From Salisapilia sapeloensis CBS 127946 (taxonomy: Eukaryota; Protista; Oomycota), in contig JAADVB010000176.1 in the NCBI GenBank assembly GCA_023334545.1, positions 1 to 39,756 of the forward strand: a stretch of 39,756 nucleotides of DNA. The letters run 5' to 3'. Positions 1 through 9,571 of this stretch are shown here, one piece after another (positions within the stretch are counted from its first letter, which is position 1; each line of letters begins with the position of its first letter). The position numbers and the translations under genes are program-made. Below the pieces are notes generated by a model, which ran no database searches, was not told the origin of the DNA, and was given only the letters and a program-made list of their open reading frames with translations.

Positions 1-1
1 C

Positions 2-244
2 TTGGATGAAGCCACAAGTGCTCTTGATTCGGAGAGTGAGAAGATCGTGCAGGAAGCGCTGGATAAGGTGGTGGCGCTGAAGCGGCGTACGACGATCATC
101 ATTGCACATCGATTGTCGACGATCCGCAAGGCAGACAAGATCTGTGTGGTGAGCGGTGGTAAGATCGCTGAAGAAGGCACGCATGGGGAGCTACTAAAGA
201 AGAACGGGATTTACGCGAGGCTGGTAGAAACAGCTACAAATTAG
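2..244 (+). CDS. 3' end of an ABCB (MDR/P-glycoprotein-type) ABC transporter, C-terminal nucleotide-binding domain; gene starts upstream of the window
   Basis: Reads [21 protein letters not shown]...[33 protein letters not shown]: Walker B/D-loop (DEATSALD) and H-loop (IAHRLSTI) typical of ABCB; stop TAG at 242-244. Confidence 0.93.
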   Translation: MDEATSALDSESEKIVQEALDKVVALKRRTTIIIAHRLSTIRKADKICVVSGGKIAEEGTHGELLKKNGIYARLVETATN

Positions 245-910
245 TCTTATGAAAGAGTGATATGCCTAGTTAATAGATTGACACTTAAATTGCCTATGCA
301 TTATGCGAGTTGGTCGAGAATACTTTGTGTCTTGGGTCTTACATGCTGAGTTGATAGCATTGATATGCTCCATTCCAAAGGTATTCATACATTAAACTCA
401 TTTACCGTCGAGAGCAGCGAGGGTTCCATTCAAGTTTCATCAATATGATGCAAATAAACACACTTGGAATAGTTACTAGTCAAATATGGTGAAGCTGGTA
501 GAGTACAAATTGTAAATTATCGACTCATTGTTGCTCCTGCCCATAAAAAAGAAAAGTTTTTGCTGAAGAGCTCAGCCTAAGGAACTAATCGATACTTCAC
601 TCGGAACATATCCGACAAAGCAGATCATTCCAAACAGTAAAAAGCATTTTAACGGTTTGTAAAGTACAGTGATATTCTCTGAATACTTTGCTAGCCAGAC
701 CAGAGCCGCGGCAACTCACACCATTCGGACCAAATTTCCACTTAAAGATACACCATGAGCACAAGACCAAGCAAATTTTATATTATTTGGAACGTGGCTA
801 TCTTAACACTAAGTACGCAAAGTATATTTTAAATCGCAGGTAAAGTCGGTAACGTGCCTGAAGATCACAATGTCGGTATGCAAGCTAAAATTACGACTTC
901 ATCCTATCTA

Positions 911-3900
911 TCACTTCAATCCAAGTCTCCCAGAAGTATGTGTGTAGATAGATCGCATAAGTCCAGCAAATTCGTTAAAGTCGAGCTTTTTGTTTCCATC
1001 GGTGTCAAATTCTTCGTATAGTCGAAGGATGTCGTCCTTGGTAATCCCGCTAGCAGATACATTGCTACCCCGTCTCCTTGTCTTCCTATTTGCTATCACA
1101 CGTGCCATGACGTCATCGTCGTCAACTCTAAGTGCTTCCATGATCTCTTCAATGGACACTCCACCATCATTATCTTTGTCAAAGACATGAAATACATCCA
1201 TCAGCTCCTTTCGCAACTCCGGCGATAAGTCCTCCGAGTCGTTTTGACTTTGACCCTTACACCCATTCAAGTAAGACCGGACACTACCAAGCTTTGCTAA
1301 CTTGAGCATTTCGTCAATTTGGTACTTGTTTGCGTACTGAAAACACGTCTCTAGAAGTTCACGTAGGGATATGTCTCCATTTCCGTCTTTATCAATCGTT
1401 TGAAATACCGTTGTCATGTCCGAGTAGCCAAGCTGCTCAAAGTAATGTCGGTACTCTAGAAGCTCAGGCAGCGATATGCTACCGGAGAGATCCTCATCCA
1501 TCGACCAAAACAATCGCACGACGGACATGACTTCTCGGACACTGTAAGCCCCAAACGTATTTTTCATATCAAGGCTCTGCTTTGCCAACGCAGTTGCAGT
1601 TGCGGCTTGATTCTCCTCGAAGTTCATCGCGCCACTTTTGTCCGTCTTATTTGTTGATTTGTCTTTGGTAATTGTAGATAGAGCCGCTTCATCTTCGTGG
1701 CTAGACTGGAAAACAAACGACGTCTTTTTAAACACATTTCCGATGTTCGTATTGAGCTCCCTTCGTTTTTGCTGAAGATAGTCTTCCATTCTCCGTACCT
1801 TTTCTACGTTTTGATCCGCCTGGCGTTGTTTTTGCATCTGATGAATGTTTTGTAGTCGGCCTCCATCACGCATCGCACTCTCCATGCGTAGTTTTGTTGC
1901 CTCCAACCGAAGTCTTATCTGAGCTTCAGCATCCCCCTTTGCAGTGATCATATCAACTTCACCTTCTCCGTCGTTTTCTAAATCATCATCTTCTTCTTTT
2001 AATGTTTGCAGGAAGGCAGTTGAATTCACTGGGAAGTTGGTACTGTCAACATTTGTAATCGATCGTCGTTCCAGTGTATGATCCTCCTTTCTCTCTGCGT
2101 GTTCAGGCTTCTCTATAAAATCATTTGCCTGGCCGATGATTGAGTTGATCACCTCTAGCTTGGACATTGAAGAAGATTTATGTGAATGCAATTTCTTAGA
2201 GGATTCAGCACTATGATCAACTGTTCGGACTGTGTCCAAGCTCGCTTGCTTTCCTTTCATTTGATGTCGCTTCACCTCCTCAATAAAATGTAAGTCCAAG
2301 GAGCTCCGGCGGCGAGTTGGCAAGACTGTTTGACTCTTTACTGTTTTCATTGAAGATGCTGCACCGACATTATGATCCAAACGATCCAATTTCGGCCACT
2401 TTTTGTTCGTAGTTCTGGTATATTTAATCTCCGATGCCATGCCCGGAGCTGTATGTGGACGAAGTTGATATTCGTCCTCATTAAAATGCTGCTTTAAGAG
2501 CTCCGATGGGGCAAATAAACCAGCATCCCCATTTTTCGATCGGTCTTTGCGTCTGACGATGGATGTTTTCGGTCTCTGAACCTGTCGAAGATGAACATAC
2601 ATCCCCTCCGTCTTGCGACGGAAAAACTCTCGCATCTGGATGGTAGCCTCCGCTTTATCTCGCGAAAGTTTCGCTTCTTGTTTTATAAAAACAGATTGAC
2701 TAGTGGTTTTACTTTTCAGACCACTATAGTTCGGCGGTAGTTCAATACCTAACTCAGTTTCCATGTATTGCTTATTCATTCGAAAGTCTTTTGTGACCTC
2801 CATGAACTCTTGCTCTGCCGTATCACTCGTAGCCGGGCTAGATCGGTGTAATTGAGCGAGAGTGTTGGGACGTGTAGTATTAGTGCTGACGAGATGCTCG
2901 CCAACCTTTGGTTCTTCTGTATCTGCTGTATTTTCACTCTTCACAAGTTTATTGTCACTGCTACTCTGTTGAAAAGTACTCTTTTGGTTACCACACTTAT
3001 TTCCAACTATATTCTGTTGACGGGAATTTAGGTCTGCGATATGATCTAGCAAGAGCTTGCTCACACGTCTTGTATTAGATTGACATTTTCCACTGATGTG
3101 CACATCTATGAGAGTTTGTCGACGTTTAGACTCTCGCTCCTTTGGATCCAATTCAATGTTCCGTAGAATACTCTTGACGAGCTCATCACGTTCTTGAAAG
3201 CGCCGAGAGTCATCCTTACGAAAATGCCACTTTGACCTCGTAACATTCTCAGAATCAAAGAGTTTGCCTAGGCATTTGGATTTCCAATTCCAAATGTAGA
3301 CGCGTGTATCTAATGAACAGGTAATGAGAATATCGGGTTGTTTGGAAATCTCAAAACTAGTAATTTGGTCATCGTGAGCTTTCCAAATGTGGAGTAACGG
3401 TACTAAGGCTGCCTCTGGATCGTACGGAGTATTCACTTTTTCATTTCCAATTTCGTACCTTGAAGAGCTTTTCGGTTGGAAAAGTAAGGACAATGCACTC
3501 TTCGTGTCCGATTTTTTAACGCCGCTTTTCATGCTCAGGAAGGCTACAGCAGCCGAGACGGCTGCCTTTGAAGGTGATGGGATGGAAGCATTTGCGTTGT
3601 TGCTAGATTTTCTGTTCTGGTTTAGAGAATATTTGGCCGATGAAGAAGCAGTAGATCTGTTTCGGTCATCAAGTCGCGTACGTGCAAGACGCTTCAGGTC
3701 AGTCTGGGTAACCGGTAATCGACTAGTATCACCTAACTTTGGTTGATTACCATTCAATAGAAGCCGATTAGCCATCATCGGGCTCGCATTCTTTTGGTAG
3801 GCTAACTCTCTCGTATAATCTCGATTGAAGACCACATATGGGTTCTTCCCCGTTCTGCCATTTCCCCGCTTTGCTTCACTTGCTTTGATTAACTGATGGT

Positions 3901-6502
3901 GCTTTGCTAGGGGGGATATATCTCGGACTCGCACGACCCCATCTTCGTCCCCAGTAAAAAGTAGGTAGCGATCGTGCTGGTTGTCATAGATGACCTTTAA
4001 ACAGCTCACTCCACTATCTTCTTTCTTTCTTTTTTCATCCCTTTGTCGATGAAGTCGTCTTGAAAGAAACTTGGCTGCCTGCAAGGTCGGCTCAGTTATA
4101 AATGTACTACTCTCTTCATGAGCCTTATCCTTCAAGTCTAGGCCTGTCTTATTCGAAAAAGAGTATAATAGTAGCCCTGCAGATTCACAGTTCCTCGTTC
4201 GCATCGTGGAATAGAAATGCATGTCTCCATTCGCAGTCGCAACTAGAAGTATCGGAAATTCTTCCCAGAAAGAAACACTTGTGATCGAAGGTGCTCGTTT
4301 CTCCTTGTCAGTCGTGCGAGTAAAACTCGCACGAAGCGAAAGCATTTCAATATCCCAAAGAGAGATAAGCGTGTGATCTTCGCTGACAATTGCGACTAAC
4401 CCTGTTTGGCTATCGTAAGCACTTAATGCTATGCCACCTGGAATATGCGTCAGTCGACGAAGCACGGAGGACTGCTTTGTGCTTTCCAGACTGTCGACAC
4501 TGCGGTCATCGACGACAATAATTGAGCTCTGACCTGCATCTGTGGCGATGATAAGTTTGTTTTCGTAACAGTAATGCAGTCCGACAAGAGCGCAGCGTAA
4601 ATTTACCGTCTGACCTCTTCTATCTGAGGTTTCACCAAACCTTTCGTCACAGCACCGCATTTGGACAAAGTTGAGGCAATTATAGACTCCCATGCCTCCA
4701 TTTTCCGTTGCAACAATCAACTTTTTGCCCCATGTATCTGTCGTACTTAACCATACCTGATCCTCAGCATCTCGATTGTTTAAACGATTCACGCCGTTTT
4801 CATTCTTCTCTACAAGACTATCTGCTAGTTCTTTTCTTTCCTTCTCACTTGAGCGTGGGATACATTGTGGTGCCACATGCGTAAACTCATTCGTACACTT
4901 ACCAGTCTCACCGTCCCAAAGACTGCAGACTGAGCTGCATACAACAACAAATTTGTTTGCATTGCGATGGTAGAATGCATGAAGTGGAAGCTCTTCAAAT
5001 TGCTGCACACGGACATTCGTAAACGCGTACAAAGTACTTGTTCCATTTGTCGCTACCCATAGATCACGAGATTGCGGATACATAGAGACAAAAGTTGTCG
5101 GTTGGAAACGTGTGATCTTGTGGACAGGTTCAATCGTCTCGATTTGTACTGCGTAAGAAGCGCCACAACTCCTAGCACCTCTTCGCCCTTGAGAGCTTCC
5201 TCCGGTATTATTTGCTTCATACGACTCTCGCGAGATGTCCCACATCTTCACGACACCATCCATGTCGACAGTAATCGCTCGGTCTGTTTGAAATAACGTC
5301 AATTGAATACCTACGAGGGGAGCTCGATGACCCGATAGTCGGAGTACGAGTTGGCGAGAAGCTACATCCCACCCAAGTGCCTCGAACTCATAGCCGGCAC
5401 TGAGCAATAAATCGTGTCGTTTGGAATAAACTAGCTGTCTGACACCCCGAGTATGACCAACAAGAGCACCTCGAGACTGACAATTCGTCACATCCCAAAG
5501 CTGAATGACACCACGTATGTCACAACTAGCGATCATGCTCTGTTCAGGTACTTCGACAAGGTCCATGACCACTGTAGTGTGAGCTATAAGCTGCTTCCAT
5601 AGCACTTTATTCTCACGATCAATCAATTTCCAAACGTTAATGACATAGTCGTTACCAGCACTGAACAATAACTCAGCTTCATCACAGTAGCGAAGTAGAG
5701 ATTGTGCGACAGTCGTTGTTATCGTCAATGCATTAAGCGGCTCAAAGACCGTTTTTGTAGACAAGAGGTTGCTTCCTGGTAGTACTTTGCTAAGTATAGC
5801 TTCCTTCGAATTGTTCATGTCGTAGAAAGATATGGCAAAGTCTGTGGTACTCATGGCTAACCATTGGAATTTGGTAATGCAAACAGCATCGAGTATAAAT
5901 ATACCTTCATTCACGGAGGTCATTCCTTCCTGACTTTTATGTGTGGTATCTGGTAATGGCTGGATGCTGCTTGTATGGGCGGCAGGTTCCACTTCTGTAA
6001 CTGGAGGCTTCGTAAGTAGAGCAGAAACGGAGGCGAAATGAACTTCGTGAACTAGCTTTCCATCTTTTGAAAAAAGCTTTACTGTATGCGCTTGATTTTC
6101 AATCACAAGTAAGAGCTTGAACTGCGGTAGCCACTTGATTTTACTAGCAGGAATGCATCCTTTCGCTGTTTTGAATGCTCTCTTGTCATTTCGAATGTAT
6201 TTGTGCTTAAGTAATTGCATCTCCAATCTCGTTGCTGCCATACCAGCATCAACGCAAAACGACGTAAATTCATCAAACTCAAGCATACCGTCTCCATTGA
6301 TATCAATGTCTTCGAAGAGATCGACCACAGATGAAACATTCTTGTACTTTTCTTCCTTGGAAGTTGTTCGTGGCAAACCTTGCAGCACAATCTCGACAAA
6401 GTCTTGCAGAGGAAGTCCTGTGCCAAGTCTTTGTTCACGCTCACGAAATGCTTGGGCAATTGCGGAGAAGCCCGACCCTTTTAATCGCATCATGATGTCC
6501 AT
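911..6502 (-). CDS. Large EF-hand/WD40-repeat protein (WDR49/WDY/EFCAB8-like N-terminal architecture) with a C-terminal four-EF-hand module, ~1863 aa, apparently intronless
   Basis: 5.6 kb ORF; first ATG at 6502 (ORF-track start 6526 is TTG). N-terminal EF-hand DIDINGDGMLEFDEF; WD repeats (AHTTVVMDL..IQLWD, GHTRGVRQL..GWD, GHRAPLVGI..VKMWD, AHDDQITSF..VYIWN); C-terminal EF loops DEDLSGSISLPEL, DKDGNGDISLREL, DKDNDGGVSIEEI, DTDGNKKLDFNEF. Orthology to a named gene is not established. Confidence 0.88.
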   Translation of the reverse strand: MDIMMRLKGSGFSAIAQAFREREQRLGTGLPLQDFVEIVLQGLPRTTSKEEKYKNVSSVVDLFEDIDINGDGMLEFDEFTSFCVDAGMAATRLEMQLLKHKYIRNDKRAFKTAKGCIPASKIKWLPQFKLLLVIENQAHTVKLFSKDGKLVHEVHFASVSALLTKPPVTEVEPAAHTSSIQPLPDTTHKSQEGMTSVNEGIFILDAVCITKFQWLAMSTTDFAISFYDMNNSKEAILSKVLPGSNLLSTKTVFEPLNALTITTTVAQSLLRYCDEAELLFSAGNDYVINVWKLIDRENKVLWKQLIAHTTVVMDLVEVPEQSMIASCDIRGVIQLWDVTNCQSRGALVGHTRGVRQLVYSKRHDLLLSAGYEFEALGWDVASRQLVLRLSGHRAPLVGIQLTLFQTDRAITVDMDGVVKMWDISRESYEANNTGGSSQGRRGARSCGASYAVQIETIEPVHKITRFQPTTFVSMYPQSRDLWVATNGTSTLYAFTNVRVQQFEELPLHAFYHRNANKFVVVCSSVCSLWDGETGKCTNEFTHVAPQCIPRSSEKERKELADSLVEKNENGVNRLNNRDAEDQVWLSTTDTWGKKLIVATENGGMGVYNCLNFVQMRCCDERFGETSDRRGQTVNLRCALVGLHYCYENKLIIATDAGQSSIIVVDDRSVDSLESTKQSSVLRRLTHIPGGIALSAYDSQTGLVAIVSEDHTLISLWDIEMLSLRASFTRTTDKEKRAPSITSVSFWEEFPILLVATANGDMHFYSTMRTRNCESAGLLLYSFSNKTGLDLKDKAHEESSTFITEPTLQAAKFLSRRLHRQRDEKRKKEDSGVSCLKVIYDNQHDRYLLFTGDEDGVVRVRDISPLAKHHQLIKASEAKRGNGRTGKNPYVVFNRDYTRELAYQKNASPMMANRLLLNGNQPKLGDTSRLPVTQTDLKRLARTRLDDRNRSTASSSAKYSLNQNRKSSNNANASIPSPSKAAVSAAVAFLSMKSGVKKSDTKSALSLLFQPKSSSRYEIGNEKVNTPYDPEAALVPLLHIWKAHDDQITSFEISKQPDILITCSLDTRVYIWNWKSKCLGKLFDSENVTRSKWHFRKDDSRRFQERDELVKSILRNIELDPKERESKRRQTLIDVHISGKCQSNTRRVSKLLLDHIADLNSRQQNIVGNKCGNQKSTFQQSSSDNKLVKSENTADTEEPKVGEHLVSTNTTRPNTLAQLHRSSPATSDTAEQEFMEVTKDFRMNKQYMETELGIELPPNYSGLKSKTTSQSVFIKQEAKLSRDKAEATIQMREFFRRKTEGMYVHLRQVQRPKTSIVRRKDRSKNGDAGLFAPSELLKQHFNEDEYQLRPHTAPGMASEIKYTRTTNKKWPKLDRLDHNVGAASSMKTVKSQTVLPTRRRSSLDLHFIEEVKRHQMKGKQASLDTVRTVDHSAESSKKLHSHKSSSMSKLEVINSIIGQANDFIEKPEHAERKEDHTLERRSITNVDSTNFPVNSTAFLQTLKEEDDDLENDGEGEVDMITAKGDAEAQIRLRLEATKLRMESAMRDGGRLQNIHQMQKQRQADQNVEKVRRMEDYLQQKRRELNTNIGNVFKKTSFVFQSSHEDEAALSTITKDKSTNKTDKSGAMNFEENQAATATALAKQSLDMKNTFGAYSVREVMSVVRLFWSMDEDLSGSISLPELLEYRHYFEQLGYSDMTTVFQTIDKDGNGDISLRELLETCFQYANKYQIDEMLKLAKLGSVRSYLNGCKGQSQNDSEDLSPELRKELMDVFHVFDKDNDGGVSIEEIMEALRVDDDDVMARVIANRKTRRRGSNVSASGITKDDILRLYEEFDTDGNKKLDFNEFAGLMRSIYTHTSGRLGLK

Positions 6503-6822
6503 AATCGCTACTGTATACTTGTACAAGTCGAAGTGGACGACAATGTAGTAACTTTTGAGAGCTCTAGACTTTTACGTGAATCAATTGCATACCTAGGTAA
6601 ACACTAAAGAACAAGGTGTAAAGGATGGCGAAACGTACTATCAGATGATGAAAAGTCGATGATGAAACTCTCCTCGGGCAAGAATAGCTAATTCCAGAGA
6701 CACCATTCCGCAGCGGAAAAGAAGGGTGCTAACCACAAGGAAATACCAATTCGATAGTAGACGCATAAATGATCGGAAGCACTAGAGTTCAATTGGAAAA
6801 GGAACTGGAAGCTAACCGACGT

Positions 6823-7311
6823 CTATTGATGTATTCGAGCTACCACAAGTCTAGCAAACGGCGTTCGATCTCCATAAATCCCTACTTGATTTGGCAAGCG
6901 TCGAACAACAAGGCGGTCTTCATTTAAAAGACGCAGATGGAGTTTCATCAAGTATCCTAATGGAATGTTGCCATTCCCACTCGACCTTTCACTCGTGCAT
7001 GTACCATCCACTTGATGCATCTGTACGTTTATTCGATTGCCATTCAGCTCCAGAAAGTATCGAGAAAAATCACTGTCGACAGGTTCCAATTGTATTTGAA
7101 GCAAGTACACTCCACTTTGGTACACGTCAATATGCTGGCCATCCTTCGCATCTATCAAGTCTTTTGCTGTCTGCACTATTGGCTTCCACATAAGCACCGT
7201 CGAGTTCAATGCTGGGTAGGACTTTAGCTCCAATCGTCCAGATAGCACTGGACATGGTTCTGGCTCTGGCATCGAAGTCCTTCGACCTATGGCACGACGG
7301 AAATTGTCCAT
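6823..7311 (-). CDS. Small hypothetical protein (~162 aa) with a TNF/C1q-like beta-sandwich pattern
   Basis: ORF with ATG at 7311 (MDNFRR...), between two same-strand genes. Alternating hydrophobic beta-strand pattern with segments LMW, DGQHIDVYQSGVYLLQIQL and LRLLNEDRLVV. The fold call is by eye. Confidence 0.6.
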   Translation of the reverse strand: MDNFRRAIGRRTSMPEPEPCPVLSGRLELKSYPALNSTVLMWKPIVQTAKDLIDAKDGQHIDVYQSGVYLLQIQLEPVDSDFSRYFLELNGNRINVQMHQVDGTCTSERSSGNGNIPLGYLMKLHLRLLNEDRLVVRRLPNQVGIYGDRTPFARLVVARIHQ

Positions 7312-7439
7312 TGGATGAAAAATTAGGAAATGAGAGTCCGCACCCACGCGTCGGAGGTACCTGGATACTCATCCTGAATTTTCATAACGTTTCCTTCCAT
7401 GGGGTACCAAACGCAACGGTGGAAGGAAATAAGCGTCGA

Positions 7440-9341
7440 CTAGTCCTGAGCAGACTCTCCAGCCGACTGTTCACTCGATGTACCGGACACCTTGACTGCA
7501 GCTAGTTGTCGTTGCAAATCACGTTGTAGCATGCGTGCCTCTTGTGCGTCATGGACGAGCGACGCTAGATTCACTTGCGAGTACGGTTGCAGTCGTTTTA
7601 CTTCACGCACGAGAACCGTCTTTTGTGCACGTAGTTTATCGACTGTAGCTTGCACCTCTTCCATCTTCGTCTTATACTCTTGTACTTGTGCTTCTAAACT
7701 GTCTTTTTCTTGCTGGACATCAGATAGTTCAGACGTCAATTGTAAGTTACGTCCTTCGCTTTCAGAAACTTCAATCGATTTCCAGAGACATTGCTCTTGG
7801 AAACTAGCACATAAGTCTAATAGACGCGTCCGCTCTTCTTCAGTATATGGTACTTGGTCGGTACTAGTACCCACGGGGTCTTCTTGTTTGGTTGTGTGAT
7901 CTTCTGACGATGGAGGAGACATTGGCGTCGTGTTCTTCAGATCAAATTGGAGACTGTTGATCGTCTCCAAGTTCGCTTTGTAGATCTCATCGGAGATTTC
8001 TAATTTCGTACGAGCATCCTGTAACTCTCGCTTGACTTGGTCCAGTTCTAGCTGCAAAGATGCAGCTTTTGCTTCCATTTCCTCGGCTTTATGTTTATAT
8101 TCTTCCGTCTCGATGGCGTCATTAGGTACTGAGTGAGTAGGGACATTTGGTTGGTCTGATATGGATGGTTCTATCGGATCTAAGTCGATACTATCATCAG
8201 TATCGTCTTCTACCACTTCTGTGATACATGTCCTATCTGACATTTCCAACCATTGCTCTAGCCACGTGCTGCAAGTCTTTCTAAAAGCATCTTGAAAAGC
8301 CTGAACAGCAAGATGCGCTGCTTGAGACGTATCCATATCATCATGCCATTCGATCGGATTGACAATTGGGTATGGAATGAAAATGATCTGTGTCGTGAGC
8401 TTTACATCTTCTGAATGAATACCTTGTGTGTTCAGGTTTTCACATTGAAAAGTTATTCGCTGTTGATGTGGCTTGAGAATGGAGTGACCGATTGCTGAAT
8501 GGACTTCGTCAAAGGTATATCGTGTCGGATACACGAGTGTTTCATTCTCAAGAGTGTGGGCTGTAGGTGTCGAGTTTTGATAGGGGTCGTCTTCCCTCTC
8601 ATCACCTTCACTTAAAGTTGTAAAAACAACGTCTGTAGCAGTTGATTCTAAGCGCCAAAGAAGGATGTTGGACATTCCAGCATCGATGGTTTTGCAGGGA
8701 ACGTCGATCGAATGGGTAGTCATACAGCCTGGAGCAACCTTTAGAATAGCTGTATCACTTGTAGATAGCTTCCTGGATTCGCTTTCTATGTCTGGAGACG
8801 ATGCGAGGCTAGCTGTTATAGCATCTACGTACAGAATCGATTTGTTCGCTTTGTCTTTATCATCTTGTGGAATCGCTGCAATGGTAGCCGTGGGCATACA
8901 AAACATACGAAGTGCGTATGAGGATTCTCGTACGTCGCTATTGTCCAAAAGCTCGCGCAAGTAGTTTTCTAGCATGAACGCGATGCGCTCATCTTCTAAT
9001 GCTTCGAGTTTTTCGGCATTGTAAACGCTACTACTGAGCTCCAAACTCTCACTATGGCGTCGATGCTGAGATTTCGTTCGTTCTACTATTTTCTGAAGCG
9101 AAGGCGATCTGACAGGATGCTCTTCCGAACGGATATCTGCATCTAGCTGTAGAAATTCAGACAAGGAGCGATCTAATTGCCGAAATCTCGGTGATTTCGC
9201 ATCCTCAGAAGCTTTCGAAGAGCTATCACATGACGGTATCCAGTCTATTATCACTTGAAACCTTGGTTCTGTCGCAATAGACCATTGAGATCGGCCCGGA
9301 GGCCGCACGAAGAGCTCCCATCGATTCGTCTCCATTAGCAT
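7440..9341 (-). CDS. PX-domain protein with a putative GOLD-like middle region and C-terminal coiled coil (~633 aa)
   Basis: 1.9 kb ORF, ATG at 9341. PX-like segments LDRSLSEFLQLDADIRS and ERIAFMLENYLRELLDNSDVRESSYALRMFC; beta-rich LLWRLESTATDVVF; heptad-rich E/Q/K tail (AASLQLELDQVKRELQDARTKLE, LQLTSELSDVQQEKDSLEAQVQEYK). Confidence 0.75.
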   Translation of the reverse strand: MLMETNRWELFVRPPGRSQWSIATEPRFQVIIDWIPSCDSSSKASEDAKSPRFRQLDRSLSEFLQLDADIRSEEHPVRSPSLQKIVERTKSQHRRHSESLELSSSVYNAEKLEALEDERIAFMLENYLRELLDNSDVRESSYALRMFCMPTATIAAIPQDDKDKANKSILYVDAITASLASSPDIESESRKLSTSDTAILKVAPGCMTTHSIDVPCKTIDAGMSNILLWRLESTATDVVFTTLSEGDEREDDPYQNSTPTAHTLENETLVYPTRYTFDEVHSAIGHSILKPHQQRITFQCENLNTQGIHSEDVKLTTQIIFIPYPIVNPIEWHDDMDTSQAAHLAVQAFQDAFRKTCSTWLEQWLEMSDRTCITEVVEDDTDDSIDLDPIEPSISDQPNVPTHSVPNDAIETEEYKHKAEEMEAKAASLQLELDQVKRELQDARTKLEISDEIYKANLETINSLQFDLKNTTPMSPPSSEDHTTKQEDPVGTSTDQVPYTEEERTRLLDLCASFQEQCLWKSIEVSESEGRNLQLTSELSDVQQEKDSLEAQVQEYKTKMEEVQATVDKLRAQKTVLVREVKRLQPYSQVNLASLVHDAQEARMLQRDLQRQLAAVKVSGTSSEQSAGESAQD

Positions 9342-9571
9342 TTTGATTGTCAATTAAGAGGTGAATTTTAATAATATTACTAAATACACTCTATATTTTA
9401 TTCCCCAAAATTCATTCAAATGGATACGCTAAACCTACACCTTTAGTCAATAAGTCGAAACGGACTCGAAGAGCTCCTTGACCAGCTTCTCGTCTATCAC
9501 GACTAACAGCTCTCCTTGTAATCATTAAACCTAGAGAATACAGCGAGGGTACTTGCGCTGGGCTAGAAAAT

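Noticed and set aside
245-910. Spacer between the convergent ABCB and WD40 genes, checked for tRNA/ncRNA
   Set aside because: No cloverleaf, A/B boxes or recognisable structured-RNA motif.
6643-6670. Two ATGATGA (C-box-like) motifs
   Set aside because: No appropriately placed CTGA D box or terminal stem, so no snoRNA call.
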